Assembly: GCA_964588685.1 (NCBI GenBank)
Contig: CAZPQG010000005.1
Coordinates: 5,916-69,915 of the forward strand
DNA from: an uncultured Pseudomonadales bacterium
Lineage (GTDB): Bacteria; Patescibacteriota; Microgenomatia; UBA1400; PJMF01
Reading direction: 5' to 3'
Length of the DNA: 64,000 nucleotides
Positions 27,465 through 36,552 of the stretch are shown here, piece by piece (positions within the stretch are counted from its first letter, which is position 1; each line of letters begins with the position of its first letter). The position numbers and the translations under genes were made by a program. The notes below the pieces were generated by a model that worked only from the letters and a program-made list of their open reading frames with translations, was not told where the DNA came from and did no database searches.

Positions 27465-27920
27465 ATGAGTCAGGCATCAAAAAATTCTATAACAGTAACA
27501 GTTAAACGTTTCGATAAAAGCCTGCCTTTGCCGCAATATCAGAGCCAAGGGGCGGCGGCATTGGATTTAGCAGCCCGCTGCTCAAAAACCATTCCGCCTC
27601 AAACTGTGAAGCTAGTGCCGCTGAATATTGCGCTGCAGCCGCCGCCCAATTATTGGGTGTTGATGTCTGCGCGCAGTAGTTTATACAAAAAAGGCTTGAT
27701 GCTGGCCAATGGTATTGGAGTAGGAGATTCTGATTATCGAGGCGACAATGATGAATATCAAGCAGCTTTATTTAATTTTACTGACCGGCCGGTTAAAGTT
27801 GAAAAAGGAGAACGGCTCACTCAAATGATGCTTTTATCCAGAAAGAAAATCATCTGGCAAGAGCGCGATAATTTTAAGACGGATGATAGAGGTGGTTTTG
27901 GCTCCACCGGGCAAAGTTAA
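27465..27920 (+). CDS. dut: dUTP diphosphatase.
   Basis: GVGDSDYRGD is the dUTPase motif 3. QGAAALDL is motif 1. RLTQMML is motif 4. Confidence 0.85.
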   Translation: MSQASKNSITVTVKRFDKSLPLPQYQSQGAAALDLAARCSKTIPPQTVKLVPLNIALQPPPNYWVLMSARSSLYKKGLMLANGIGVGDSDYRGDNDEYQAALFNFTDRPVKVEKGERLTQMMLLSRKKIIWQERDNFKTDDRGGFGSTGQS

Positions 27921-27999
27921 TTTTTTTAAACCTGATGCCGTATATGTGCTGTTTGCGGCTTAGTATTTATTATTAATTTTAAAGACTGGAACAATAAAA

Positions 28000-28644
28000 A
28001 TGGGAAAATCATACCCCGGTTATTTGATTACTTTTGAGGGCGGTGAAGGAGGAGGTAAGACCACTCAATCTGTCCGCATCCGCAACAACTTGACCGAAGC
28101 CGGACATGATGTGGTAGTATTAAGAGAACCCGGTGGAACAGTTATCAGCGAGCAAATTCGTCAAGTTGTGTTGTCGCCGAACAATACAGGGATGGCTTTT
28201 ACTACAGAAGTATTGCTTTTTCAGGCAGCTCGAGCTCAGATTTACCGCGAAATTGTTTTGCCGTCCTTAAAAGCCGGTAAAATTGTTTTGATGGATCGTT
28301 CACGCGACAGCAGCGTAGTTTACCAAGGAATGGTGCGCGGCTTTGGACGGGATTTAATTGAGCAGCTTAATAATCTCTCCACTAAAAATATTTACCCTGA
28401 TTTAACTATTTTGCTTGATTTGCCAATAAAAATAGGTTTGGCAAGAAAAAATGATGCCGGGGAAATGAATCGTTTGGAAATGGAAGACAAAAATTTCCAC
28501 CAACAAGTACGCGAAGCTTATTTACAACTAGCAAAAGAGAATGAGCAGCAGCGTTGGATAATAGTTGATGCGCAGCAGAGCATGGAGGAAGTTGAGGCAG
28601 AAATTTGGCAGACAGTAGCAGAGGAATTAAACAGCTCAGATTAA
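28000..28644 (+). CDS. tmk: Thymidylate kinase.
   Basis: ITFEGGEGGGKTTQ (P-loop). DRSRDSSVVYQG (DR(Y/F) motif and lid). Confidence 0.9.
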   Translation: MGKSYPGYLITFEGGEGGGKTTQSVRIRNNLTEAGHDVVVLREPGGTVISEQIRQVVLSPNNTGMAFTTEVLLFQAARAQIYREIVLPSLKAGKIVLMDRSRDSSVVYQGMVRGFGRDLIEQLNNLSTKNIYPDLTILLDLPIKIGLARKNDAGEMNRLEMEDKNFHQQVREAYLQLAKENEQQRWIIVDAQQSMEEVEAEIWQTVAEELNSSD

Positions 28645-28720
28645 TTGTAATTAAAAGTAGTTTTCATAACTCATAGCTCGCAGCAAAAAAAATTGAATGT
28701 AATTTTTAATTATTTAAATT

Positions 28721-29326
28721 ATGGCAAAATTACCCAAAGCAGTCACTAAATTAATTGACCAATTTGAACACTTACCCGGTATTGGGCCAAAATCAGCTCA
28801 GCGCTTAGTATTTTATCTACTCCATAATCCGGAAGAAAAGATCAATGACTTTGCCGAACGTTTGAAGGCGATTAAAACTGATACTGTTTTATGTTCTCAG
28901 TGCCATAATGTGACAGAGCATGACCCGTGTCGTATTTGCGAGGATCAAAGTCGGGATGAAACGGTGCTGTGTGTGGTTGAACGTCCTTTAGACTTAATTG
29001 CGATTGAAAGTTCAGATAAATTTCAGGGTCAATATCATGTCTTGCATGGGGCAATTGATCCCTTAAATAATATCGGTCCGGAGCAGTTATTTTTACTTGA
29101 TATTAAAAGTAAACTGAATGGCTTGGATGAGTTAATATTAGCCACCAACCCTACCATGGAAGGCGAAGCTACAGCGCTTTATATTAAAGAGATGATTAGT
29201 AAAATGGGCCAATATCAAGATTTAAAAATTACCCGCATTGGCCACGGGCTGCCGATTGGAGCTGATATTGAATATGCCGACGGCGTTACTTTGGCTAGAG
29301 CATTAGAGGGTAGGAAAAAGATATAG
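28721..29326 (+). CDS. recR: Recombination protein RecR.
   Basis: LPGIGPKSAQRL (HhH). C4 zinc finger CSQCHN...CRIC. C-terminal Toprim domain. Confidence 0.9.
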   Translation: MAKLPKAVTKLIDQFEHLPGIGPKSAQRLVFYLLHNPEEKINDFAERLKAIKTDTVLCSQCHNVTEHDPCRICEDQSRDETVLCVVERPLDLIAIESSDKFQGQYHVLHGAIDPLNNIGPEQLFLLDIKSKLNGLDELILATNPTMEGEATALYIKEMISKMGQYQDLKITRIGHGLPIGADIEYADGVTLARALEGRKKI

Positions 29327-29598
29327 TTTTAACAGCTGCTTATAACAGAAAAAAGGAATAGGTACTTCAAAACTGAAAACAACCGGATTTAAGACCTAAA
29401 AATATTTAATAGTTGAAAATGTGCCATCCAAAGCTTACATTGTAAGTAATGAGATTTTTCTCACGATTATATATCCGACCAAAGTTTATTCATAAACTTG
29501 AGCCGGATTTTTTAATTTCCTTGGTTATTTTTCTGTTTGCTCTCCGGAAATAACGGCAGGTTGGTAATCCATATCAACTAATAAAAAGGAACAAGCAT

Positions 29599-29904
29599 AT
29601 GAAAATTTTAGTCCAGGCTAAGAATATGAGGGTTACTCAAGGTATTAAAAATTTTGTAGAGGCAAAAGTAGTACGTCAAATTTCTAAATTAGGTAAAAGA
29701 GCTTTGACGGTTAAAGTGTATTTGGAAAACATCACTCGTAAAAAAAATGATCCTAACGCTTCTCAAGCAAAAGTACAAATAGATATGCCGGGTGAAAGTA
29801 TTGTCGTAGAGCAAAAATCATTTGATCCCTATCAAGCAATTAGTAAGGCTATTAAAGCTAGTGCTCGTAAATTAAGAAAAACTAAAGAAAAAAGGGAATA
29901 CTAA
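29599..29904 (+). CDS. hpf: Ribosome hibernation promoting factor / RaiA (sigma-54 modulation protein family).
   Basis: MKILVQAKNMRVTQGIKNFVEAKV...DPYQAISKAIKASARKLRK matches the HPF short-form pattern. Confidence 0.7.
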   Translation: MKILVQAKNMRVTQGIKNFVEAKVVRQISKLGKRALTVKVYLENITRKKNDPNASQAKVQIDMPGESIVVEQKSFDPYQAISKAIKASARKLRKTKEKREY

Positions 29905-29982
29905 AGTTAGATCAACTTTCACAGTAGGTTTTTACCACTTTGTTATTGGGGATATAAATACAGATATGTTATTATTAACTAT

Positions 29983-30393
29983 ATGCCAAATGACAAAACT
30001 CAAGATTCAGCTCAACAAAAAATTAGCCAAACTTCTCAGGGTCAAAAATCTTCTGTAAATGATGGCAATGACCCCATTGATTCTTTGGAGGATTTAATCA
30101 AAAAATCGCAGCGAAGACAGAAACTGCGCTCGCAAGATGAACCCCAATTTCAGGATAATGAAGCAGAAAATGAGAAAAGTAGGATAGCGGAATTAAAAAA
30201 ACAAAAAAAACAACAGACTTCAGCAAGATTAAAAGCGCAGCAGGCACAACTGCAGCAAGTTATTACGCAATCGTCTCAAAAAGAAAAAAATAATGCGTCC
30301 AAACAAAATAACAAAGATTCGGAGCAAGAAGAGCAAAGCTCAGCCATCAAACAGCTGTCTTGGAAAAATATTAAAAAACCGGTTGAAGAATAA
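29983..30393 (+). CDS. Low-complexity Q/K/S-rich hypothetical protein.
   Basis: ORF only. Confidence 0.3.
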   Translation: MPNDKTQDSAQQKISQTSQGQKSSVNDGNDPIDSLEDLIKKSQRRQKLRSQDEPQFQDNEAENEKSRIAELKKQKKQQTSARLKAQQAQLQQVITQSSQKEKNNASKQNNKDSEQEEQSSAIKQLSWKNIKKPVEE

Positions 30394-30446
30394 GAAGAAT
30401 AAAAAGCTGAAGAATAAAAATTATTAACAAAATTGTTGTTATTGTT

Positions 30447-31070
30447 ATGAAAAAAACTAAGCCATCACTGGTTCGACAGTCCGGGGGCAGTCGTTCTAAT
30501 TTGGGAGGTTTAGATAGTGAGCGCATGGAAAAACAAGCTGTGCAGGCAGCAGTGCAACAAAAAGCACAGCAGCAAACAGGCAGCACTGCCGGCAGCCAAA
30601 GCCGTCAATTAAAGCAAAGTCGAGCTCAAGCTGAACAAAGTAAAACCAAAACTCACAGCCCGCGTGCGGTCGGTTCTTTAAAACAGGAATTAATTGCCAG
30701 GCCGGTAGAGGATATGAAAGATGCTTTTACCAGTTTTTTTGACATCAATGTTTTATTAAACATTGATCAGGAAAGCGACAGCCCAGCAGAACAAGCCAAG
30801 AAAAGAGAGATTCACCGTCGCTTACGGCAGCTCACTCAAGCCGAACAAGAGGAGGCTCAAAAGCAGTTTCGTTTAAGAATGAAGCAAAAACAGGCAGAAG
30901 AAAAGGAAAAAGAGTTAAAAAAACAGCAAAGCAAAGAACAAGAAAAAAAGCCTTTGACCCCACCGTCAGGTAAAGTAAACAGAAAAGGTTTATTTTTAAC
31001 CGGTCAAAGCAATAAGAAAAAAGCACAAAATAGGCTGCAGCAGCAGAGGAGAACTATTGGTACGGTTTAA
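30447..31070 (+). CDS. Low-complexity Q/K/E-rich hypothetical protein.
   Basis: ORF only. Confidence 0.3.
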   Translation: MKKTKPSLVRQSGGSRSNLGGLDSERMEKQAVQAAVQQKAQQQTGSTAGSQSRQLKQSRAQAEQSKTKTHSPRAVGSLKQELIARPVEDMKDAFTSFFDINVLLNIDQESDSPAEQAKKREIHRRLRQLTQAEQEEAQKQFRLRMKQKQAEEKEKELKKQQSKEQEKKPLTPPSGKVNRKGLFLTGQSNKKKAQNRLQQQRRTIGTV

Positions 31071-31112
31071 TTAGGTAGGCGCCACTTTATTTATATTTAA
31101 CGTTAAAGATTT

Positions 31113-32594
31113 ATGCAGCTTTATAATTCACTCACTAATCAACTGGAAAAGTTTGCCCCGCTTAATCCTCCTGAAGTAAAGTTATATGCCTGCGGTCCTA
31201 CTGTCTATGACTATGCTCATTTGGGTCATCTGCGCAAATATTGTATGGATGATGTTTTGCGCCGCACACTGATTAATCAAGGTTATCAAGTGACTCATGT
31301 GCAAAACGTAACTGATGTTGGTCATTTGGCTTCTGATGCTGACACCGGTGAAGATAAAATTGAAAAAGGAGCGCGCAAGTACTCTTTAGATGTTCATGCT
31401 TTGGCTCAAAAGTTTGAGGATTATTTTTATTATTCAATGGATTTAATGAATAATTTACGCCCGACTGTGATCTGTCGAGCAACAGAACATATTCAAGAAA
31501 TGTTGCAGCTGGTTGAGACTTTAGAGGAGAAAGGCTATACCTATGTTATTGAGGGTGACGGTGTTTATTTTGATACCGGCAAATTAGACGATTATGGACA
31601 ATTGGCCGGCATTGATCCGGATGAACTGCAAGAAGGAGCTAGGGTTGAAAAGGTGCCGGGTAAACGGAATCTGACTGATTTTGCGCTTTGGAAGTTTGAG
31701 CGCCCTAATGAAAATCGAGCTATGGCTTGGTCCAGCAAGTGGCATGAACGCAGTTTTCCAGGCTGGCATATTGAATGTTCAGCCATGAGCATGAAGTATT
31801 TAGGAGAGCAAATCGATATTCATACCGGGGGGATAGATCATATCCCGGTTCATCATACTAATGAGATCGCTCAATCGGAGGCTGCCACCGGCAAAAAACC
31901 CTTTTGTAAATATTGGGTGCACCATAATTTTTTATTAGTTGAGGGTGAAAAAATGAGCAAGTCAAAAGGTAATTTTTATACTATTGATGATGTGCTGGCT
32001 AAAGATTTTTCGCCGTTGGCATTACGATTGTTGTTTTTATCAGCTCATTATCGCAAAGAGATGAATTTTACGTGGGAAAATTTGGCAGGCGCTCAGAAGA
32101 GTTGGGTTAGGTTGAAAAAATTGACAGCCGGGTTAAAAACAAAACAAGATGAGCAGCTGCCTAATGAACGGCCGGCCGATCAACTCCCACCCAAGCCTTC
32201 AGCTCAATTTCAACACTACCAAACTGAATTTAAACGGTCACTGGCTAGAGATATAAACACACCGGAGGCTCTGGCAGTGTTATGGTCTGTAGTTAAAGAT
32301 GAGCAGCTGGGAGGAGCTGAAAAACTAGAGCTGCTTTTACAGTTTGGCCAAGTGCTGGGTTTGGATTTAGCTAAAGTTGAAAAATTACAGCATTCTACTG
32401 ATTCATTCCTTCACTTTAGCAAACAGCAGCTGCCTGCTAAAATTCAAAGCTTACTTAAAAAAAGACAACAAGCCAGACAGAATGAGAATTTTGATCAAGC
32501 GGACCAGCTGCGCCGACAACTATCGCAGCTGGGTTACAAAGTAGAGGATACGGCGCAAGGTCAAAGGATAATAAAACAAAAGAGCAGCCATTAA
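31113..32594 (+). CDS. cysS: Cysteine--tRNA ligase.
   Basis: YACGPTVYDYAHLGHLR (HIGH motif). KMSKSKGNF (KMSKS motif). Class I anticodon-binding tail. Confidence 0.9.
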   Translation: MQLYNSLTNQLEKFAPLNPPEVKLYACGPTVYDYAHLGHLRKYCMDDVLRRTLINQGYQVTHVQNVTDVGHLASDADTGEDKIEKGARKYSLDVHALAQKFEDYFYYSMDLMNNLRPTVICRATEHIQEMLQLVETLEEKGYTYVIEGDGVYFDTGKLDDYGQLAGIDPDELQEGARVEKVPGKRNLTDFALWKFERPNENRAMAWSSKWHERSFPGWHIECSAMSMKYLGEQIDIHTGGIDHIPVHHTNEIAQSEAATGKKPFCKYWVHHNFLLVEGEKMSKSKGNFYTIDDVLAKDFSPLALRLLFLSAHYRKEMNFTWENLAGAQKSWVRLKKLTAGLKTKQDEQLPNERPADQLPPKPSAQFQHYQTEFKRSLARDINTPEALAVLWSVVKDEQLGGAEKLELLLQFGQVLGLDLAKVEKLQHSTDSFLHFSKQQLPAKIQSLLKKRQQARQNENFDQADQLRRQLSQLGYKVEDTAQGQRIIKQKSSH

Positions 32595-32596
32595 TT

Positions 32597-33679
32597 TTGA
32601 TTTTTAAGATATTTAATATGATGTTTGAGACACGTTTAGTTGAATTTACTACTACTGACAATTTACAGCTGCCTGGTGTATTGTTTGTCCCCGAGAAGGC
32701 AGCAACAACAGTTAATCAAAATCAACTCAATAAGCGAGCCAAAGTCAATCATCGGGCTAAAACCAATAGCTCGCAAGATAAAAAGGCAGCTATTTTTTTA
32801 CACGGCAATGGCAGCGCTTCTGTTTTTTATTCGCAAAAAAGGGCTAAAGCTTTAGCCAAACAACTTGCCGTCTGTCAAATTTCCTTATTAATGTTTAATA
32901 ACCGCGGCGCTCATTTTATTAAAACCATTAATCAAGCTGATGACCAAGTTAATCAAGTTCAATCTGCCGACAGCAACAACCCTCATGATCATGACGTGAC
33001 GTTGGGCACTGCTTATGAATTAATCAAAGATTGCCGCTATGATATTGAGGGAGCAGTTAACTTTTTACAGCAATTAGGTTACAGTGAATTTTATTTAATC
33101 GGCCACTCTTCAGGAGCTAATAAAATTTGCGTTTTTAACCATTACCAGCCTCAGAACTCAATTAAAAAATATGTTTTGTTGAGCGGAGGCGATGACACCG
33201 GTATTTACTATAAATTGATCGGCAGCAGAGAGAAACTTTTCCAATACTTGCAGCAGGCTCAAGAAAAAATTAAACAAGGTAAGGGTCAAAAATTAATTCC
33301 TCAGTATATAGTAGACAGGATTTTATCTTATCAGTCGTTTTATGATACAGCCAATCCCGACGGGGACTACAACACTTTCCCGTTCACTGAATATTGGACA
33401 CAAATTGAATTATCAACTAAACCTTTATTTCGCTATTTTAAACAGCTGCAGAAGCCCAGTTTAGTGATGTATGGTGAAAATGACAGCTGCTTACCACAAA
33501 AAGACTTGCCGCAAAAAGAGATCGTCAAAATGTCCGGTTTCCAAGCAGTTGAAATTTTGCAAGAGCAAGTGCAAGACAAGGATAATTTCAAGCTGCAGGC
33601 CATGCCCGCAGCAGACCACAGCTTTCATGGTAAAGAGGAGCAGTTGGGCCAAATAATTGCAGAGTGGTTATCTGCTTAA
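32597..33679 (+). CDS. Alpha/beta-hydrolase fold protein.
   Basis: LIGHSSGAN (GxSxG nucleophile elbow). AADHSFHG is a late His. Confidence 0.5.
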   Translation: MIFKIFNMMFETRLVEFTTTDNLQLPGVLFVPEKAATTVNQNQLNKRAKVNHRAKTNSSQDKKAAIFLHGNGSASVFYSQKRAKALAKQLAVCQISLLMFNNRGAHFIKTINQADDQVNQVQSADSNNPHDHDVTLGTAYELIKDCRYDIEGAVNFLQQLGYSEFYLIGHSSGANKICVFNHYQPQNSIKKYVLLSGGDDTGIYYKLIGSREKLFQYLQQAQEKIKQGKGQKLIPQYIVDRILSYQSFYDTANPDGDYNTFPFTEYWTQIELSTKPLFRYFKQLQKPSLVMYGENDSCLPQKDLPQKEIVKMSGFQAVEILQEQVQDKDNFKLQAMPAADHSFHGKEEQLGQIIAEWLSA

Positions 33680-33731
33680 CCTGTTTGGCTACCGTACAGC
33701 TGTTAAGCCCTCTGAGTTTGCTATGCCAAGG

Positions 33732-34433
33732 CTAGTTTTCTTTGCCCCTCCAGGCTGCCAAGCCTGCTTTTTTTAGCGAAAAATAGCTCCTGCTCGTCAC
33801 AATAACATGGTCAACAAGATTGACTCCTACCAAATTGGCCCCTTGAGCCACTTGTTTAGTGACTGCAATATCTTGTGTGCTGGGTTGAGGATTGCCTGAA
33901 GGGTGATTGTGCACCAAGATAAATCCCGCTGCGGGCAGAATCAGAGCCGGTTTTAATAATTCCCTGAATTCTAAAAAATTTTGGTTCAATGAGCCGATGG
34001 CTAAAGTTTTCTTTTTTAATAAGTGTTGGCTGCCGTCAATATAAAAAGCTAAACAAAATTCCTGCTTTTTATCTTTAATGCCGTAAGCTTGTTGAAATAC
34101 TTTGGCGGGATTATTTAAGGCTGCCAACTTGTTTTGCTGATGATACCGCTGGCTGAGTTCAAAACAGGCCAGCAATGTGCTGGCCTTGGCCGGCCCAATA
34201 CCGCTGAATTCACATAATTTTTGTTGGGATAGCTGAAAAAGCTCAGTTAATTTGTATTGCTTCATCACTTGCTGCGCTAATTGCAAGACTGATTGACGAT
34301 GAGAGCCGGAACGCAGTAAAATTGCCAGCAATTCTTGGTTAGTGAGATTTTTTACACCCAGAGCAGTCAACCTTTCTCGAGGTTTTTGAATTTCGGCTAA
34401 ATCTTTAATAAATAATTTTGAGTGCTGAGTCAT
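33732..34433 (-). CDS. radC: RadC-like JAB/MPN domain protein.
   Basis: HNHPSGNPQPSTQDIAVT is the JAMM motif typical of RadC. N-terminal HhH-like GIGPAKA. Confidence 0.8.
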   Translation of the reverse strand: MTQHSKLFIKDLAEIQKPRERLTALGVKNLTNQELLAILLRSGSHRQSVLQLAQQVMKQYKLTELFQLSQQKLCEFSGIGPAKASTLLACFELSQRYHQQNKLAALNNPAKVFQQAYGIKDKKQEFCLAFYIDGSQHLLKKKTLAIGSLNQNFLEFRELLKPALILPAAGFILVHNHPSGNPQPSTQDIAVTKQVAQGANLVGVNLVDHVIVTSRSYFSLKKAGLAAWRGKEN

Positions 34434-34559
34434 GATGCGATTGATTAAAAATTAGTTTTAAGAAATACAACAGAGAAAGTGAGCACTAACGAAGCAACTA
34501 AAATTTGGATGGCACTGGCAGTTGTTTGACAAACTATAATATAATGAGAGAAACTGAAA

Positions 34560-34931
34560 TTAGACTGACAGCAATGAGTCTAAAGTAATGAGAGTTAGTT
34601 TTTTTGAAGCATTGTGGGTTAGAATAGCAACTTTGTCTCCCCACTGAGTGCCGGAGACAGTTGAAATTGGTTGAGTAAGATCAACTACTAACAATAAAGG
34701 AATAATATTTTGTTTGAAATTATATTTAAAACTGTTGAGCAGTGATAATTGTTTTTCCGGGGAAAAACTGGTGCTGAGGATAAAACAGTCAAAATTAGTT
34801 TTAGCAAGCTGTTTGTGGGCATCCTTAATGGAATCTACTTTAGTCATTTGTAGTTTAGCAGCTAGATAGTCATAGGGATGAATTAGTTTAGCGTTAGGCT
34901 CAATAACTAGGGCAGTTAAATTTTCAGTCAT
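34560..34931 (-). CDS. Hypothetical 123-aa protein, possibly a degenerate CheY-like receiver fold.
   Basis: An alternating beta/alpha pattern with FDCFIL (a position like the phospho-acceptor Asp) and PLLLVV. The canonical DD/T/K residues are not all present. Confidence 0.25.
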   Translation of the reverse strand: MTENLTALVIEPNAKLIHPYDYLAAKLQMTKVDSIKDAHKQLAKTNFDCFILSTSFSPEKQLSLLNSFKYNFKQNIIPLLLVVDLTQPISTVSGTQWGDKVAILTHNASKKLTLITLDSLLSV

Positions 34932-34987
34932 TTAAAGATTTAAAAATCTATATATATTAGAATTATTCTACTTAAATTAGAGCAGCT

Positions 34988-35311
34988 ATGTCAAATAATA
35001 AACAAGCAGAGAATAAGCAACTAAAGTTAATAGCGCGTAAAATTAAAGCTGCCAGACAGGAGATTGGCTATTCGCAAAAAGAATTGGGAAAAGCTTTAAA
35101 TTTGTCAGATAAAACTGTTAGTTCCTATGAAGTAGGGCGGGCTCAGCCGAATCTGCAGACACTAACCCAATTAAGTAAAATTACTCATAAACCGGTCAGC
35201 TACTTCTTAACTGCAGAGGATGATAAAGATATAGATTTAGAATTAAAGATTAAGAAGATTGAGCAGGAATTGCTGGCAATTAAGAAGTTATTGCAAGAAG
35301 ATAAAAAATAA
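34988..35311 (+). CDS. XRE-family helix-turn-helix transcriptional regulator with a C-terminal coiled-coil.
   Basis: IKAARQEIGYSQKELGKALNLSDKTVSSYEVGRAQPNLQTLTQLSKI is a Cro/C1-type HTH. Confidence 0.65.
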   Translation: MSNNKQAENKQLKLIARKIKAARQEIGYSQKELGKALNLSDKTVSSYEVGRAQPNLQTLTQLSKITHKPVSYFLTAEDDKDIDLELKIKKIEQELLAIKKLLQEDKK

Positions 35312-35387
35312 GACTTATAAAAAATTTAAAAAGACTGAAAAGCCAATTGTGGCAAATTTCTTTAATCTATTTTAATTTATTCTAAAT

Positions 35388-36497
35388 TTAAATATTTCCA
35401 CCTTTTAATCTTAATTGTTTCATGAGCTCGGCATAAAAATGAAGATTATGAATAGTAGCCAGTCGCAAGGCTAAAGTGTCTTTGATTTTAAACAAATGGT
35501 GCAGGTAAGCTCGAGTGTAGTGTCGGCAGGCCGGACAAGAGCAGAAGTCGCTAATAGGATTGTCATCTGCAGCACAGGCTCCTCGGCTTAAATATAAATA
35601 TTGATACCATTCTTCTTGGGGTTGGAATCCGATTTCATTGGGATTTTTAGTAAAAACGTACAGCCGTTGATGCCTAGCATCACGAGTTGGCAAAACGCAG
35701 TCAAACAAGTCATAACCCATTTGGGAAAGTTGAGTAATGTTTTCCGGTTTGCCAATGCCTAAGGCAAAGCGTAATTTATTGTCTGGTGTGAGTGCGCTGT
35801 TGCGCCGTGCCATTTCATAATCAAAATCACCGTTGTCATTAAAAGGCCAGCCTCCTAAGCCGTAGATGTCAAAGTCAAGAGCCATTAATTTTTGAGCACA
35901 TTTTTGCCGTAGTTTCCAATTTCGGTGGCCTTGAATTACTCCGGTTAACAGGGGGCGTGTTTCTTCAGAATAATCGTTTTTTTGCACTAACGACTCAAAT
36001 TTTTTTTTGCTGCGTTTGGCCCAATGAATAGTTCTGGCGACACTGTCCTGAGCTCTTTTTTCATCGGCGTCCGGAGGAGTAAAATCATCCAAACAGATCA
36101 TAATATCAGTCTGCAAAGCAAATTGAAGCTCAATTGAATCTTCAGGTGTAAACACTTGCTTGGTTTGTTTATTTTTGCCGGTGTAAGTTACTACGCCTTC
36201 ATCGGTGATTTTGCCTAAAGATGGATTTTTATTGATTAAAGAAAATAGTTGAAAGCCTCCGGAATCAGAGGCTGTAATTCCGGACCAATTCATTAATGAC
36301 TTAATACCATCTAGTTTTTTAAGAATTTTTATACCGGGAGAGCGGCGTAAATGATAAGTGTTGACCATTAAGGCTTGAATACCGGCTTGAATTAAATCTT
36401 GGCTTGACAAGCCTCGCACCACACCATAAGTAGCATCGGGTAAAAATAAGGGGAGGGGATGATTTTTGTTGGCAAGCTGCTGTGGGTTAAGTTTCAT
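35388..36497 (-). CDS. tgt: Queuine tRNA-ribosyltransferase.
   Basis: DLFDCVLPTRDARHQ. Zinc site CSCPACRHYTRAYLHHL. Catalytic Asp context LPDATYGVVRG. Confidence 0.9.
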   Translation of the reverse strand: MKLNPQQLANKNHPLPLFLPDATYGVVRGLSSQDLIQAGIQALMVNTYHLRRSPGIKILKKLDGIKSLMNWSGITASDSGGFQLFSLINKNPSLGKITDEGVVTYTGKNKQTKQVFTPEDSIELQFALQTDIMICLDDFTPPDADEKRAQDSVARTIHWAKRSKKKFESLVQKNDYSEETRPLLTGVIQGHRNWKLRQKCAQKLMALDFDIYGLGGWPFNDNGDFDYEMARRNSALTPDNKLRFALGIGKPENITQLSQMGYDLFDCVLPTRDARHQRLYVFTKNPNEIGFQPQEEWYQYLYLSRGACAADDNPISDFCSCPACRHYTRAYLHHLFKIKDTLALRLATIHNLHFYAELMKQLRLKGGNI

Positions 36498-36552
36498 GTT
36501 TGGTTGATGGCGTTGAGTTTAATGTGTAGTTGGCATTGGTTTGCTTTAATAT

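Noticed and set aside
34560-34931. Calling the 123-aa protein a response-regulator receiver domain.
   Set aside because: Only the general beta/alpha periodicity and a single Asp in a plausible position support it. The conserved N-terminal acidic pair, the Thr/Ser and the Lys are not convincingly present. It is kept as hypothetical with low confidence.
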